Origin: Chlamydiia bacterium
Lineage (GTDB): Bacteria; Chlamydiota; Chlamydiia; Chlamydiales; 2-12-FULL-49-11
DNA: 26,638 nucleotides
NCBI GenBank assembly: GCA_044360335.1
Contig: JBIKKN010000001.1
Coordinates: 1 to 26,638 of the forward strand
Direction: 5' to 3'
The notes under the pieces were generated by a model. It was not told the DNA's origin and searched no databases. It saw only the letters and a list, made by a program, of their open reading frames with translations. The first letter of the stretch is position 1. Each line of letters starts with the position of its first letter. A program made the translations under genes and the position numbers. Shown here one piece after another: positions 1 through 9,065 of this stretch.

Positions 1-1008
1 ATACTCACATTTTTATTAATTCCGTTTGTGCTATTTGCATCAGAGGAAGAAGACTTTACTTTAATTAAAAATAAATTCCATTCTAAAGAATGGAATTTGG
101 TACTTTCTTTATCATCTAACATGTTAAAAGCCTATCCAGAATCCGTTTTTGCTAAAGATATTTATTTTTTTAGAGCAGCTGCATATTTTTATAAAGATGA
201 CCCAGATTTATCCAATCAAATGCTTGGTAAATTTTTAGAAAAAGAGGGGGGATCTGCATATTTTGAAGAGGCTTTAGGTTATAAATATTTTATAGCTGAA
301 AAGTTTGAAAATGGGTACTACGGACATTTGTTTGGAGTTTCTGCCCTTCCAAGAATAGAGTCAATGTGGGAAACAGCATATCAACTTTACGATGAAGTTA
401 TTTTAACTATTCCAAGAAGCGAAATTGCTGCAAAATCTTTGTTTAGAAAGGCTTGCATGTATGCAGTAGATGAAAAATTTGAGGAAAGTATTGAAACTTT
501 TAATACATTAATTAGAAAATTTTCTAGAAACTCTTTGTCTCAAAAAGCTTATATAGAAATTGCAAAAGTATATAAAAAACAGATAAAAGCTCTTTATTTA
601 GATCCAAAATCTTTGGAATTTGCATTGATCAACCAAAAGCGATTTAATTTAGATTATCCATCTAGTAAATTTAAAGATGAAATGGAGAAAGAGGTTAATA
701 GTATTATTGATTTATACGCCGAAGATGTGTATAAAAGTGCGCTCTATTTTGATAAGAAAAATGAAAAAGAGTCTGCAATCATGTATTATAAATCTTTGGT
801 TGCAAAATATCCTAAATCTAAGTTTTCTTCTCTTGCTTTAGAAAAAGTTGCATCCTATGAAGCAGAAAATATTATGAAAAAGGGACTTAGTTCAAAGAAT
901 GAACCTTTAGTAAAAAAAGAGGCAGAATCTAAACTCGGGGTGGAAGAGCAAGCTGCTCAATTACTTAAAGCTATGGCAATAGCAGAGCAAGAGGTGAATT
1001 TAGAGTGA
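1..1008 (+). CDS. TPR-repeat outer-membrane assembly protein, BamD-like (CT547-like); 5'-truncated by the window edge
   Basis: Frame is open from base 1 (ILTFLLIPFVLFA-SEEE, the end of a signal peptide), so the GTG at 28 is not the true start. Helical TPR-like repeats with Y/F/A spacing and repeated 'L..KYP.S' turns typical of BamD/YfiO. Lies upstream of an LptE-like gene and rsbW, as recalled for chlamydial CT547-549. Confidence 0.7.
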   Translation: MLTFLLIPFVLFASEEEDFTLIKNKFHSKEWNLVLSLSSNMLKAYPESVFAKDIYFFRAAAYFYKDDPDLSNQMLGKFLEKEGGSAYFEEALGYKYFIAEKFENGYYGHLFGVSALPRIESMWETAYQLYDEVILTIPRSEIAAKSLFRKACMYAVDEKFEESIETFNTLIRKFSRNSLSQKAYIEIAKVYKKQIKALYLDPKSLEFALINQKRFNLDYPSSKFKDEMEKEVNSIIDLYAEDVYKSALYFDKKNEKESAIMYYKSLVAKYPKSKFSSLALEKVASYEAENIMKKGLSSKNEPLVKKEAESKLGVEEQAAQLLKAMAIAEQEVNLE

Positions 1009-1613
1009 AGCATTTTTTACTGTTTAGTGTAATAGTATTATCTTTAACCTCTTGTGGTTATAAAACTGCAGGTCTTCATTTGGGCAATGATTCAGTAGTA
1101 GAGATTTCTATTCCTGTGATAAAGCAAGATCCAAATGGGACTTTAAGAAATGCTTTGGCAAGAGAAATATCTTTTAATAGATCTTTGCGCTATAAAACAT
1201 CTGGGGCAAAGTATGAATTAAAAGTAAATATTGAAGAAGATACTGATTCTATTATTTCTTATATGTGGGATAGAGAGCCAGAGACTAATCAAAGGTTAGG
1301 TGTTTTTTATAATTCAGAAGGAAAAAAAGAGGTAATAGCAAAAACTGAGCTTATCAATACAAAAACTAAAGAAGTTGTTGTTGGTCCTTATTATTTAAAT
1401 GCTAGTGTTATTTATGATTTTGTAAACCCAACGGTTGCTGCAACTTTATCTTTTCAAGAGCCCGATGGTACAGAAGTTAGTGCTTTGCAATATTCTTTAG
1501 GGCAACTTGATTCTGAAGAAGGTGCTCAAGAGGAAGCTTCAAATCCTGCATATAGATTAGTTGCTGAAAAAATTATATCAGTACTTTTAAAGAATTCAAA
1601 AAAAACAATGTAA
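1005..1613 (+). CDS. Lipoprotein, LptE-like LPS assembly protein (CT548-like)
   Basis: Signal peptide with lipobox LTSC followed by GY; 'ISIPVIKQDPNGTLRNALAREI' resembles the LptE N-terminal region. 4-nt GTGA overlap with the upstream gene. Confidence 0.6.
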   Translation: MKHFLLFSVIVLSLTSCGYKTAGLHLGNDSVVEISIPVIKQDPNGTLRNALAREISFNRSLRYKTSGAKYELKVNIEEDTDSIISYMWDREPETNQRLGVFYNSEGKKEVIAKTELINTKTKEVVVGPYYLNASVIYDFVNPTVAATLSFQEPDGTEVSALQYSLGQLDSEEGAQEEASNPAYRLVAEKIISVLLKNSKKTM

Positions 1614-1625
1614 AAATATTTATTT

Positions 1626-2036
1626 ATGGATTCAAGAACTTTTACTGCAGCATTCTCTGAGTTTGATCATATGATGGCATTTGTAAGAGAATCTATAAAT
1701 AAAATGGTAAAAGTAGAGAAAAGTAATATAAAATTTGAAGTTGCTATTGAAGAGGTTTTAGTAAATATTATTAAATATGGGGTTACTGCGCCATCTGGAA
1801 TTATAGAAATTAGATGTGGATTAAATGGTAGTGAATATTTCGAAGTAAAAATTATAGATAATGGTATACCTTTTGACCCCTTAAATGCTCCGGGTTTTGA
1901 TAAACCTCAGAATTTACATTCCCAAAAAATCGGAGGCCTTGGCTTGCATTTTATAAAAAATATAGCAGATAGCTTAAGTTATGAGTATAAAGATGGGAAA
2001 AATCAACTTACTCTAAAAAAAAAGCTACCCTTCTAG
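1626..2036 (+). CDS. rsbW: RsbW-type anti-sigma factor / Ser kinase (GHKL ATPase fold)
   Basis: N-box EEVLVNIIKYG, G1 box IIDNGIPFDP, G2 box GGLGLHFI; 136 aa. Confidence 0.9.
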   Translation: MDSRTFTAAFSEFDHMMAFVRESINKMVKVEKSNIKFEVAIEEVLVNIIKYGVTAPSGIIEIRCGLNGSEYFEVKIIDNGIPFDPLNAPGFDKPQNLHSQKIGGLGLHFIKNIADSLSYEYKDGKNQLTLKKKLPF

Positions 2037-2456
2037 AAAACTTGAAATTTCTTCTTCTGTATCTATAACTTCAGTAAGAAAATGCCTTAAGGTTTTTAGT
2101 ACATACTTGGGAGTGTTGTAAACTCCAATAGTATTGTATACAATTTCTAATTTTAAGTCATGATCCTTTATAAGGGCTATCATTACTTTTGTGCATGGAT
2201 TTTCATCCATGATTTCAGGTATAATCCACACAATAAATTGATTATTGAATAAAGTAACTTTACTATCATTTTCAAGAACATGAAAGTAAAATGGGAATTG
2301 ATCTTGAAGAAGATTTTCTTCTTCTTCTGTTTGGTTTAATAAACCCCAATCCTTTAGCATTTCTAAGTTTATATCTATCGATTCATCTTGGATCCAATAA
2401 TTTGGGTCTTCGATAAATTTTTCAAAATACTCTTCAAGTTTTTCTGGCTTGATCAT
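2025..2456 (-). CDS. Conserved chlamydial hypothetical protein (CT550-like)
   Basis: Acidic 143-aa ORF with SD AAGGA. Motif FHVLENDSKVTLFNNQFIVWIIP and the position between rsbW and dacC match my recollection of CT550. Confidence 0.7.
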   Translation of the reverse strand: MIKPEKLEEYFEKFIEDPNYWIQDESIDINLEMLKDWGLLNQTEEEENLLQDQFPFYFHVLENDSKVTLFNNQFIVWIIPEIMDENPCTKVMIALIKDHDLKLEIVYNTIGVYNTPKYVLKTLRHFLTEVIDTEEEISSFLEG

Positions 2457-2551
2457 GAATTTCCTTTAGAACTATTTAATCCCTAAATAGCCACCTGTTG
2501 ATTTTAATGAAACTCTTTTTTTTAAAAATTATGAATTTTTTTTCTTGTGTA

Positions 2552-2580
2552 TTGAACTTTATATATTTACTAGTTATTAT
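2552..2580 (+). promoter_or_regulatory. Sigma70/sigma66-type promoter for dacC
   Basis: TTGAAC (2552-2557), 17-bp spacer, TATTAT (2575-2580), 6 nt upstream of ATG 2587. Confidence 0.5.
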
Positions 2581-2586
2581 AAAAAT

Positions 2587-3852
2587 ATGCGTATATTATT
2601 TTTTATTCCCTTTTATTTATTAGCTGCTCAATTAAATGTAAAAATAGAGTCCCCATATGTTTGCGTAATAAATCAAAAAACAGGAAAAGTTATCTATGGA
2701 AAAAATATGGATAAAGAAATCTTTCCAGCAAGTATCACAAAGCTTGCGATGGTGCTATATATTATCGAAGAATGTGAAGTGGATGAAAATATGATTATAC
2801 AATGTTCTAATGAACACCTTTGTGTTTGCTCAGAAAAAAAAAAGATAGAAAGTAAATTTTCTTTACCACCATATATTTTAGAAGATGATGGTGCCTCTAT
2901 CCATCTTCGTCCTGGGGAGAAATTAGCAGTGGGCTCTTTGTTAAGAGCTATTATGCTTGCTTCGGCTAATGATGCTGCAAATATTTTAGCTGGACTATAT
3001 GGCAAGAGTATTTCTGATTTTATGTTCCAGGTGAATAAGTTTTGTAGGGAAATTGGATGTAAAAACACATATTTTGTAAATCCTCATGGATTGCACCATC
3101 CCGATCACCATACAACTGCATATGATCTTGCATTAATTATGAGAAGAGTATCGTTTCATCCATGTTTGAGAAAAATTATGTCTACTTTTGAATATGAAAT
3201 AGATAAAACAAATAAATCTCCACCACGTAAATTAAAAAATACCAATCAGTTAATAAAACCTACAAGTGAACACTACTGTCCATACGTTATTGGCGGTAAG
3301 ACTGGATACCATCATAGGGCTAAATATAATATAGCAGCCCTTGCAGAAAAAGATGGTAGAGCATTAATAGCTGTTATAAATAAAGCGGAAACTTCAAAAG
3401 AAAGATTTAGCGAATGTAGGAAAATTATTCACGCAGCATTTGATGAAGTTTTAGAAAAAAGAGTTCTTTTTAATGCAAAAGAAGCAAAATTTACTCATGA
3501 TTTAAAGTGGGGAAATAAACTTTTATTTGGTGTTTTAAAAGAAGATAGCATTTTATCATTTTACCCTTCAGAAGAAGAAGAGGTAGAGGCTAAACTTGAC
3601 TGGTTAAATCTAGATGCCCCTATTAAAAAGGGGGATTTAGTAGCAAATATTAATATTTATAATTCTTCAGGAGTTCCCCTTCAAACACATAACGTATATG
3701 CAGAAAATGATGTAGATTATAAGCTTTTATATAAAATTAGAATGGCAATAAACTTTTTTATAGCTATTAGCGGAAAATATACATCTTTAGTTGCTGGATT
3801 TTTCTTCTTGATTTTTCTCTTTTATAGGGGTAGAAGAAAGAAGCTTGTATAA
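2587..3852 (+). CDS. dacC: D-alanyl-D-alanine carboxypeptidase (peptidase S11, PBP5/6-like)
   Basis: SxxK (ASITK), SxN (SAN), NPHGL and KTG motifs. Signal peptide begins at ATG 2587 (preferred over the TTG at 2545). C-terminal TM anchor followed by RGRRKK. Confidence 0.92.
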   Translation: MRILFFIPFYLLAAQLNVKIESPYVCVINQKTGKVIYGKNMDKEIFPASITKLAMVLYIIEECEVDENMIIQCSNEHLCVCSEKKKIESKFSLPPYILEDDGASIHLRPGEKLAVGSLLRAIMLASANDAANILAGLYGKSISDFMFQVNKFCREIGCKNTYFVNPHGLHHPDHHTTAYDLALIMRRVSFHPCLRKIMSTFEYEIDKTNKSPPRKLKNTNQLIKPTSEHYCPYVIGGKTGYHHRAKYNIAALAEKDGRALIAVINKAETSKERFSECRKIIHAAFDEVLEKRVLFNAKEAKFTHDLKWGNKLLFGVLKEDSILSFYPSEEEEVEAKLDWLNLDAPIKKGDLVANINIYNSSGVPLQTHNVYAENDVDYKLLYKIRMAINFFIAISGKYTSLVAGFFFLIFLFYRGRRKKLV

Positions 3853-4647
3853 GTTTATAAAATCATCCTCACTAAGCTCTTGAGGGCGAGCCTTTTCATT
3901 TTGCCCTATTTGCTTTAAAAATTTTGCTACATTTTCTCCTTCTAATACAGAAGTTAACATCTTTCTTTTTTGTGAAAATGCCTTTCTTACAAAAAGTAAA
4001 TAATCTGTTGGATCTTGAAAAGGTAAGTTATCCTTTGGTTTTAAAGAAATAATAACAGAATCAACTTTTGGCCGAGGTGTAAAGCAACCAGGTTTTACAA
4101 TAAACAGGGATTTTTTCTCGAAATAGTAACTTGTAAAAATGGAAAAAGAGCTCCTATTTGAAGAAGGGGATTTTGCAAGAATTCTATCTGCCATCTCCTT
4201 TTGAACCATTAAAATAATATCTGTAAAAAAAGAGCAATGATCAGCGATTTTTGCAATTATTGGGGAAGTAATATGATATGGTAGGTTCGAAACAATTTTT
4301 GTACCTTTTGGTAAAAAGGAAATATCAGTTTCCAATATATCACTTTCTATCAAATGGAAATTTTTATATTCTCCAAGGTATTTCTTCAAAATTTGTGCAA
4401 TTTTTTTGTCATATTCTACAGCATAAACAGTAGCCCCTCTTTCAAGCATCGTTAGCGTTAAAGCCCCAGACCCTGGCCCTATTTCTAAAACTGTGTCAGA
4501 GCTTGTAATATTTGCTGCGTCAATAATCTTATTTACAACATTTTGATCTATTAAAAAGTTTTGAGAAAGACTCTTTTTAAGAGTAAACCCCTCTTCCTTC
4601 CATATTTTATTTATACAAGATATCTTTGTTGGCTGAAAATTAGTCAT
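3787..4647 (-). CDS. rsmA: 16S rRNA m6,2A1518/1519 dimethyltransferase RsmA/KsgA
   Basis: QNFLID, EIGPGSGALT, SNLPYHIT and F.PRPKVDS motifs. ATG 4647 overlaps the upstream stop (ATGACTAA) and is preferred over 4659. Confidence 0.95.
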   Translation of the reverse strand: MTNFQPTKISCINKIWKEEGFTLKKSLSQNFLIDQNVVNKIIDAANITSSDTVLEIGPGSGALTLTMLERGATVYAVEYDKKIAQILKKYLGEYKNFHLIESDILETDISFLPKGTKIVSNLPYHITSPIIAKIADHCSFFTDIILMVQKEMADRILAKSPSSNRSSFSIFTSYYFEKKSLFIVKPGCFTPRPKVDSVIISLKPKDNLPFQDPTDYLLFVRKAFSQKRKMLTSVLEGENVAKFLKQIGQNEKARPQELSEDDFINLYKLLSSTPIKEKNQEEKSSN

Positions 4648-5665
4648 TGATAATAACAAATGGTTCTAAAGTGCTAGTACTTAATTTAGCACCATAAAGG
4701 CCATCGACATCATACTGTTTAAATAATTTAGAAAAATATTCCGTAGAAATTTTTTCCCCTTCTGTGGTTACTATTTGATTTTTTAAGCTTTCGCCAATAT
4801 CAACAAATCTGGGTATAAATTCCTTTTTATGTTCTTTTAGTTGAAGAATTTTTCCGGTGAAATTTTTATTATTTTTTTCTAAAATGGCTTTTGAAATCAT
4901 CCCTTCTTCTAGGGAGTTTAATACGTTTAAAATAGAGGAAGATATTTCATTTGTACGTAAAGTTATCTCTTTTGAAACTTGTACTTTTACTTGATTTTCA
5001 TCAAAAGTAATATTTTCCATTATCGATGCTAAATTTTGGAAAGAGCCGCTATTTAATAAATTGGAAATTGAAGAGGTTATTTCTTCTACTTTTTCCTTCT
5101 CTTTACAACTTACATATAAAGCTTGGTAAGTCCAAGTATCTTTTTTTGCAAGCTCTGTAATATAACTTTCGTAAGCTTTCTGCACCTTTGAAGGAGTAGC
5201 CCCTTGTAAGGTTTTATTCCATATTTGAAACCAAGATAAATGAGTAGAAATTAGCTCTCTTTCTCCGGTAGCTTTAGCTTCCTCAGGAGTAATAGATAAA
5301 AATTTATAAGCTTCTACCTCTTTATCTCCAAAAAGCTCTGTAACCTTTTTATTTATTTCGTAAGAGGGTAGTTCATACTTTAATTTTTTAGCCTCTAGGA
5401 GTAAAGCTTCATCTTGAACTATTTTTTGAAGAGTTTTTCTCCAATTTTGTTGATAATAGGTATAAGTCTTCTCAATATCTTCGAAAATACTTTTGTCACT
5501 AACAAAAATCTGTCTGTCCATATCCTTTTTTATATCCAAAACAGTAATCGATCTGTTTCCTATTTGAGTTAGAATTTGATTGGAAGTCTGAATAGATTTG
5601 CACTCTATAGAAAAAATTGCAAATAATAGCATTATAAAGGAGTACTTAAAAAAGGTAGTTTTCAT
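4640..5665 (-). CDS. Exported SurA-like/parvulin-fold chaperone candidate (CT355-like)
   Basis: Signal peptide; NQILTQIGNRSITVLDI resembles the SurA N-domain start; helical core; degenerate rotamase-like C-terminal half; coupled to rsmA. Confidence 0.5.
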   Translation of the reverse strand: MKTTFFKYSFIMLLFAIFSIECKSIQTSNQILTQIGNRSITVLDIKKDMDRQIFVSDKSIFEDIEKTYTYYQQNWRKTLQKIVQDEALLLEAKKLKYELPSYEINKKVTELFGDKEVEAYKFLSITPEEAKATGERELISTHLSWFQIWNKTLQGATPSKVQKAYESYITELAKKDTWTYQALYVSCKEKEKVEEITSSISNLLNSGSFQNLASIMENITFDENQVKVQVSKEITLRTNEISSSILNVLNSLEEGMISKAILEKNNKNFTGKILQLKEHKKEFIPRFVDIGESLKNQIVTTEGEKISTEYFSKLFKQYDVDGLYGAKLSTSTLEPFVIIND

Positions 5666-5694
5666 GCATCTTATGTTAGTTTAATCCTATATAT

Positions 5695-6825
5695 CTATAC
5701 AAGAGATTTTTTTCGAAATATAGCAACAAACATCCCGTCTCCACCGTTTGCAGATAGATCTATAGAATTTGAGGAAATAAAGGTTAACTCTTCCCTTTTT
5801 TTCAAAAATTCTACCTGGTTCTCATTTTCTTCTTCAAGGACGCTACAGGTTGCATAAATCAAAATTCCATCTTTTTTAACATAAGGGATAGCTTTAAGTA
5901 ATATTTCTCTTTGCGTACGAGTAATTTGTATTAAAAACTCCTCTGTTAATGAATATTTTTGGTCTGGCCTTCTTCTAAAAGTTCCGCTACAAGAACAAGG
6001 GGCATCTACAAGCACTGTATCCATGTTACCTTCAAGAGCTTTAAGTCTTTTTTCCTCGTTAAAGTATATTTGAAAATTTTGAATGCCCGCCCTTTTTAGC
6101 CTTTTTTTTGCATCCAAAAGGGGATTTTTTCTTATATCGTGAAGGTGTATTTGTCCAAACCCCTCCATATTTGGTGCAAAAGTTAATGTTTTGCCACCAC
6201 TGCCTGCACAATAATCTAGAATATGTTGGTTTTTCTTTGCATTTACATATTCTCCAATTATTTGTGATGCCTCATCTTGGATTTCAAACTCCCCTTGTTC
6301 AAATTCTGCAAGAGTATTAAACTGGATTTTTTTTCCAACATGGAATCCATCCTTTGCAAGGGCGCATTTTGTGAGCATTAAAGGCTCTTTCATTTTTTTA
6401 TAAAATTCTTCAGTGCTACATTTTGCTTTGTTGACTCTTATTGTGATGGGGGCTTCTAAATTACTTGATAGACAAAATTCTAAAGCCTTTTTTTCCCCAA
6501 GACTCTGATTAATTTTTTCATAAAGCCATTTAGGGAAGCTAAATCTAACATCTGCAGGTACTTTTAAATTTGGCTTACCAAGTGGTGAGTTTGGTCCTAA
6601 ATAAAGATCTATAAGGCTTTCAGCAGAATTTGCCCCAAAATGATTTAAAAGAAGCTTCCATTTTAAAATTTCATATAAAGCTTTTTTAATAGGGGGGCGG
6701 TCTTTTGAACCAAGGGAGCGATTGGCTTTAAAATACATGTGCACAAGTAAATCTAAAGATATTTTTGATGCTAATGAATTTTTTAAAAGTATTGTTAGAT
6801 GTTTTTTTCTAAAAGGTGTTATCAT
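5695..6825 (-). CDS. rsmB: RsmB/Fmu/NOP2-family rRNA m5C methyltransferase
   Basis: EIQDEASQ, LDYCAGSGGKT, DAPCSCSG (motif IV Cys) and YATCS (motif VI Cys). Confidence 0.9.
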   Translation of the reverse strand: MITPFRKKHLTILLKNSLASKISLDLLVHMYFKANRSLGSKDRPPIKKALYEILKWKLLLNHFGANSAESLIDLYLGPNSPLGKPNLKVPADVRFSFPKWLYEKINQSLGEKKALEFCLSSNLEAPITIRVNKAKCSTEEFYKKMKEPLMLTKCALAKDGFHVGKKIQFNTLAEFEQGEFEIQDEASQIIGEYVNAKKNQHILDYCAGSGGKTLTFAPNMEGFGQIHLHDIRKNPLLDAKKRLKRAGIQNFQIYFNEEKRLKALEGNMDTVLVDAPCSCSGTFRRRPDQKYSLTEEFLIQITRTQREILLKAIPYVKKDGILIYATCSVLEEENENQVEFLKKREELTFISSNSIDLSANGGDGMFVAIFRKKSLV

Positions 6826-6876
6826 GCAAGAAATTCTATCATTTTAAATGATTTTAAGATACGTTCTTCTTCTTAG

Positions 6877-7341
6877 CTTGGAGGTACTGCTATTTTAGTT
6901 ATTGGACGAATATTAATTTCTTCTTTATTTATTCTTTTTGGTATTTATTCTATAATAAATTGGGATGTAAGTTATGCAGATCTTGATGCTGCTATGGTAA
7001 ATTGGCAAATGTATAAGGGCAATGCAGAGATAATTGGTATATTATTAGATAGTTTGATAAATTATATAACTATTATCCTTTGTGGAGGACTTTTTTTAAT
7101 GTTAGGGGGGGGTATTTTAGTTTTTTTTGGAATAAATGAAAAACTTGGTGGGTTTTTTCTTATTCTATATATTGTTTTTTCCTCCTTTTTGTATTTCCCT
7201 TTTTGGTTTTATGAAGGGGACCAAATGATTCATAATATAACACTTTTTTTGAAAAATATTGCTATTTTGGGTGGATGCTTATTGTTATTTAAAAAAAGGG
7301 GAACAAGTTTAGTAAAATTTTCTCAGGCCGATGATGATTAA
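6877..7341 (+). CDS. DoxX-family membrane protein; start site unresolved
   Basis: The frame of the 6994 ORF stays open upstream to a TAG at 6874-6876 and encodes the DoxX N-terminal motif GRILISSLFILFG. C-terminal FLKNIAILGGCLLL is also DoxX-like. Confidence 0.75.
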   Translation, partial: LGGTAILVIGRILISSLFILFGIYSIINWDVSYADLDAAMVNWQMYKGNAEIIGILLDSLINYITIILCGGLFLMLGGGILVFFGINEKLGGFFLILYIVFSSFLYFPFWFYEGDQMIHNITLFLKNIAILGGCLLLFKKRGTSLVKFSQADDD

Positions 7342-8899
7342 AAGAATTTTACTTTTCTTTGTATCTGCCGGATGCATAGCTTTTACAAGGCCACAAAATA
7401 CTTTACTTTGCCTTTTTGTCTATTTTATTTGTTACCCTGCTCTTTTTATAAATCTATTTTATTTCGAAAAAAGAAAATTAAGAGCCCTTTTACTTTACGC
7501 TGCAGGTATTTTTTATTTCCTTGGGCAAATTACCTGGCTTGCAGGACCAAAATATCATGGCCCTTATATTTTTTTAGGATATTTAAACCTTTGTTTTTTG
7601 CTCCCTTACCCCTTTTATATTTTGGGATATTGTTTACCAAAAAAAGCAAAAGATCTGAACTTTTGTTCTATATTAACCCTTTGTACTTTGTATACCTTTT
7701 TAGAGTACAGTCATTTGTGGATATTTTCGGGCTTTCCCTTTCACCTTATAGGTTTAATACTATCTGCAAATATTTACTCTTTACAGCTTTGCTCAGCAAT
7801 CGGCTCCTATGGACTTAGTTTTATTGTGATTTTTAATGCCCTTTTTGTAGCAAAATGGTATAGCCAGAGTAATTTTTATAGGGCAGCATTTTTTGCTCCC
7901 TTGCCATTTTTTTTCGGATTCATTCTTTTTTACACTGTAGATCTTTTTAAGGAACACAAAGGCAACCTTAGGGTTGGAATTCTTCAAACAGGTCTTTTAG
8001 TGGAGGAAAAATGGTTTTATGAAAAATATAAAAGCTCTTTTATTTCTTCAAAAGATCAATTGAAAAGAATTTGGCAAGATTTAGAAAAACTTCCTCCCAC
8101 AGATCTTGTGGTATTGCCAGAAGTTTGCCTCCCTGGAAATGGATTTGTTAAAAAATACAATGTAGAGGAGTTAAAGGAAATTTTCCCAGAGGATTTAATT
8201 GCTTTTTTTTCTGAAAGTAGTGTGAGTAATATCGATATATTTTTATCCCTTTCCATCTACCTTAATACCGATATTGTTGTAGGGCTTATAAGTGAGGGGA
8301 AAAATTCTTCCTTTTTAATCTCTTCAGGAAAAATAATAGGAAGTTATCACAAAAAAAGGCTTGTGCCTTTTGGAGAATATATCCCCCTCCCTTTTTTAAA
8401 AAAATTTGCTGAAAAATATGGGATGGAGGCCTCCTTTATAGCTGGCAATGCCTTTTCTGTGATGGAGGGGAAATGGAAAATATTACCAAGTATCTGTTTT
8501 GATGAAGGTTTCCCAGATGATTTTGTTAAAGCTTGTAAATACAAACCAGATATACATGTTAACCTTTCTAACGATGCTTGGTTTATTAGCTCTTCTTTAG
8601 CAAGATCTCATTTTGATATGGGTAGAGTTCGATCTGTAGAAAATGGGATTTATTCTTTGCGCTCTTGCAATAGTGGAATTTCTGCTATTGTTTCGCCAAA
8701 AGGGGAAATTTTAGAGGAAATGGAGGAAAAAAATACAGAAGGAAAAATGAATAGGGGGGTAATCTTTAAGGATATTTCTATCTATAAAATCCAAACACTA
8801 TTTTCAAAACTTGGCAACAGCTTTTTGTTATTGATTTTGCTTCTAGTTACTTGCCTTTTAAAAATTTTATCAAAAAGGGTGAATTACTTAAAAGCTTGA
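7331..8899 (+). CDS. lnt: Apolipoprotein N-acyltransferase
   Basis: Multi-TM N-terminus; nitrilase triad in VVLPE, YHKKRLVPFGEY and ICFDE; SNDAWF; RSVENG. Confidence 0.93.
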   Translation: MMIKRILLFFVSAGCIAFTRPQNTLLCLFVYFICYPALFINLFYFEKRKLRALLLYAAGIFYFLGQITWLAGPKYHGPYIFLGYLNLCFLLPYPFYILGYCLPKKAKDLNFCSILTLCTLYTFLEYSHLWIFSGFPFHLIGLILSANIYSLQLCSAIGSYGLSFIVIFNALFVAKWYSQSNFYRAAFFAPLPFFFGFILFYTVDLFKEHKGNLRVGILQTGLLVEEKWFYEKYKSSFISSKDQLKRIWQDLEKLPPTDLVVLPEVCLPGNGFVKKYNVEELKEIFPEDLIAFFSESSVSNIDIFLSLSIYLNTDIVVGLISEGKNSSFLISSGKIIGSYHKKRLVPFGEYIPLPFLKKFAEKYGMEASFIAGNAFSVMEGKWKILPSICFDEGFPDDFVKACKYKPDIHVNLSNDAWFISSSLARSHFDMGRVRSVENGIYSLRSCNSGISAIVSPKGEILEEMEEKNTEGKMNRGVIFKDISIYKIQTLFSKLGNSFLLLILLLVTCLLKILSKRVNYLKA

Positions 8900-9065
8900 T
8901 CAAAAAACAGAATCTAGGCTACTCTTTTACTAACTTGAGTTTTGCATTTTCCTCTTAGAGAAATCAGTAAAATACGAAGCAAAGATTTGATTTAATAAAA
9001 AAGAAATTCAAAATTCAAGTTGGTAATGTTTTTTGACAGATTTGTACCAGCAGAAAGGAGAGCTT

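Noticed and set aside
2834-2843. A10 tract in dacC as a phase-variation site
   Set aside because: The frame is intact, and long A tracts are common in this AT-rich, Lys-rich sequence.
8900-9032. lnt-lpxC intergenic region as an sRNA or terminator
   Set aside because: Only weak short stems and no correctly spaced promoter pair could be supported.
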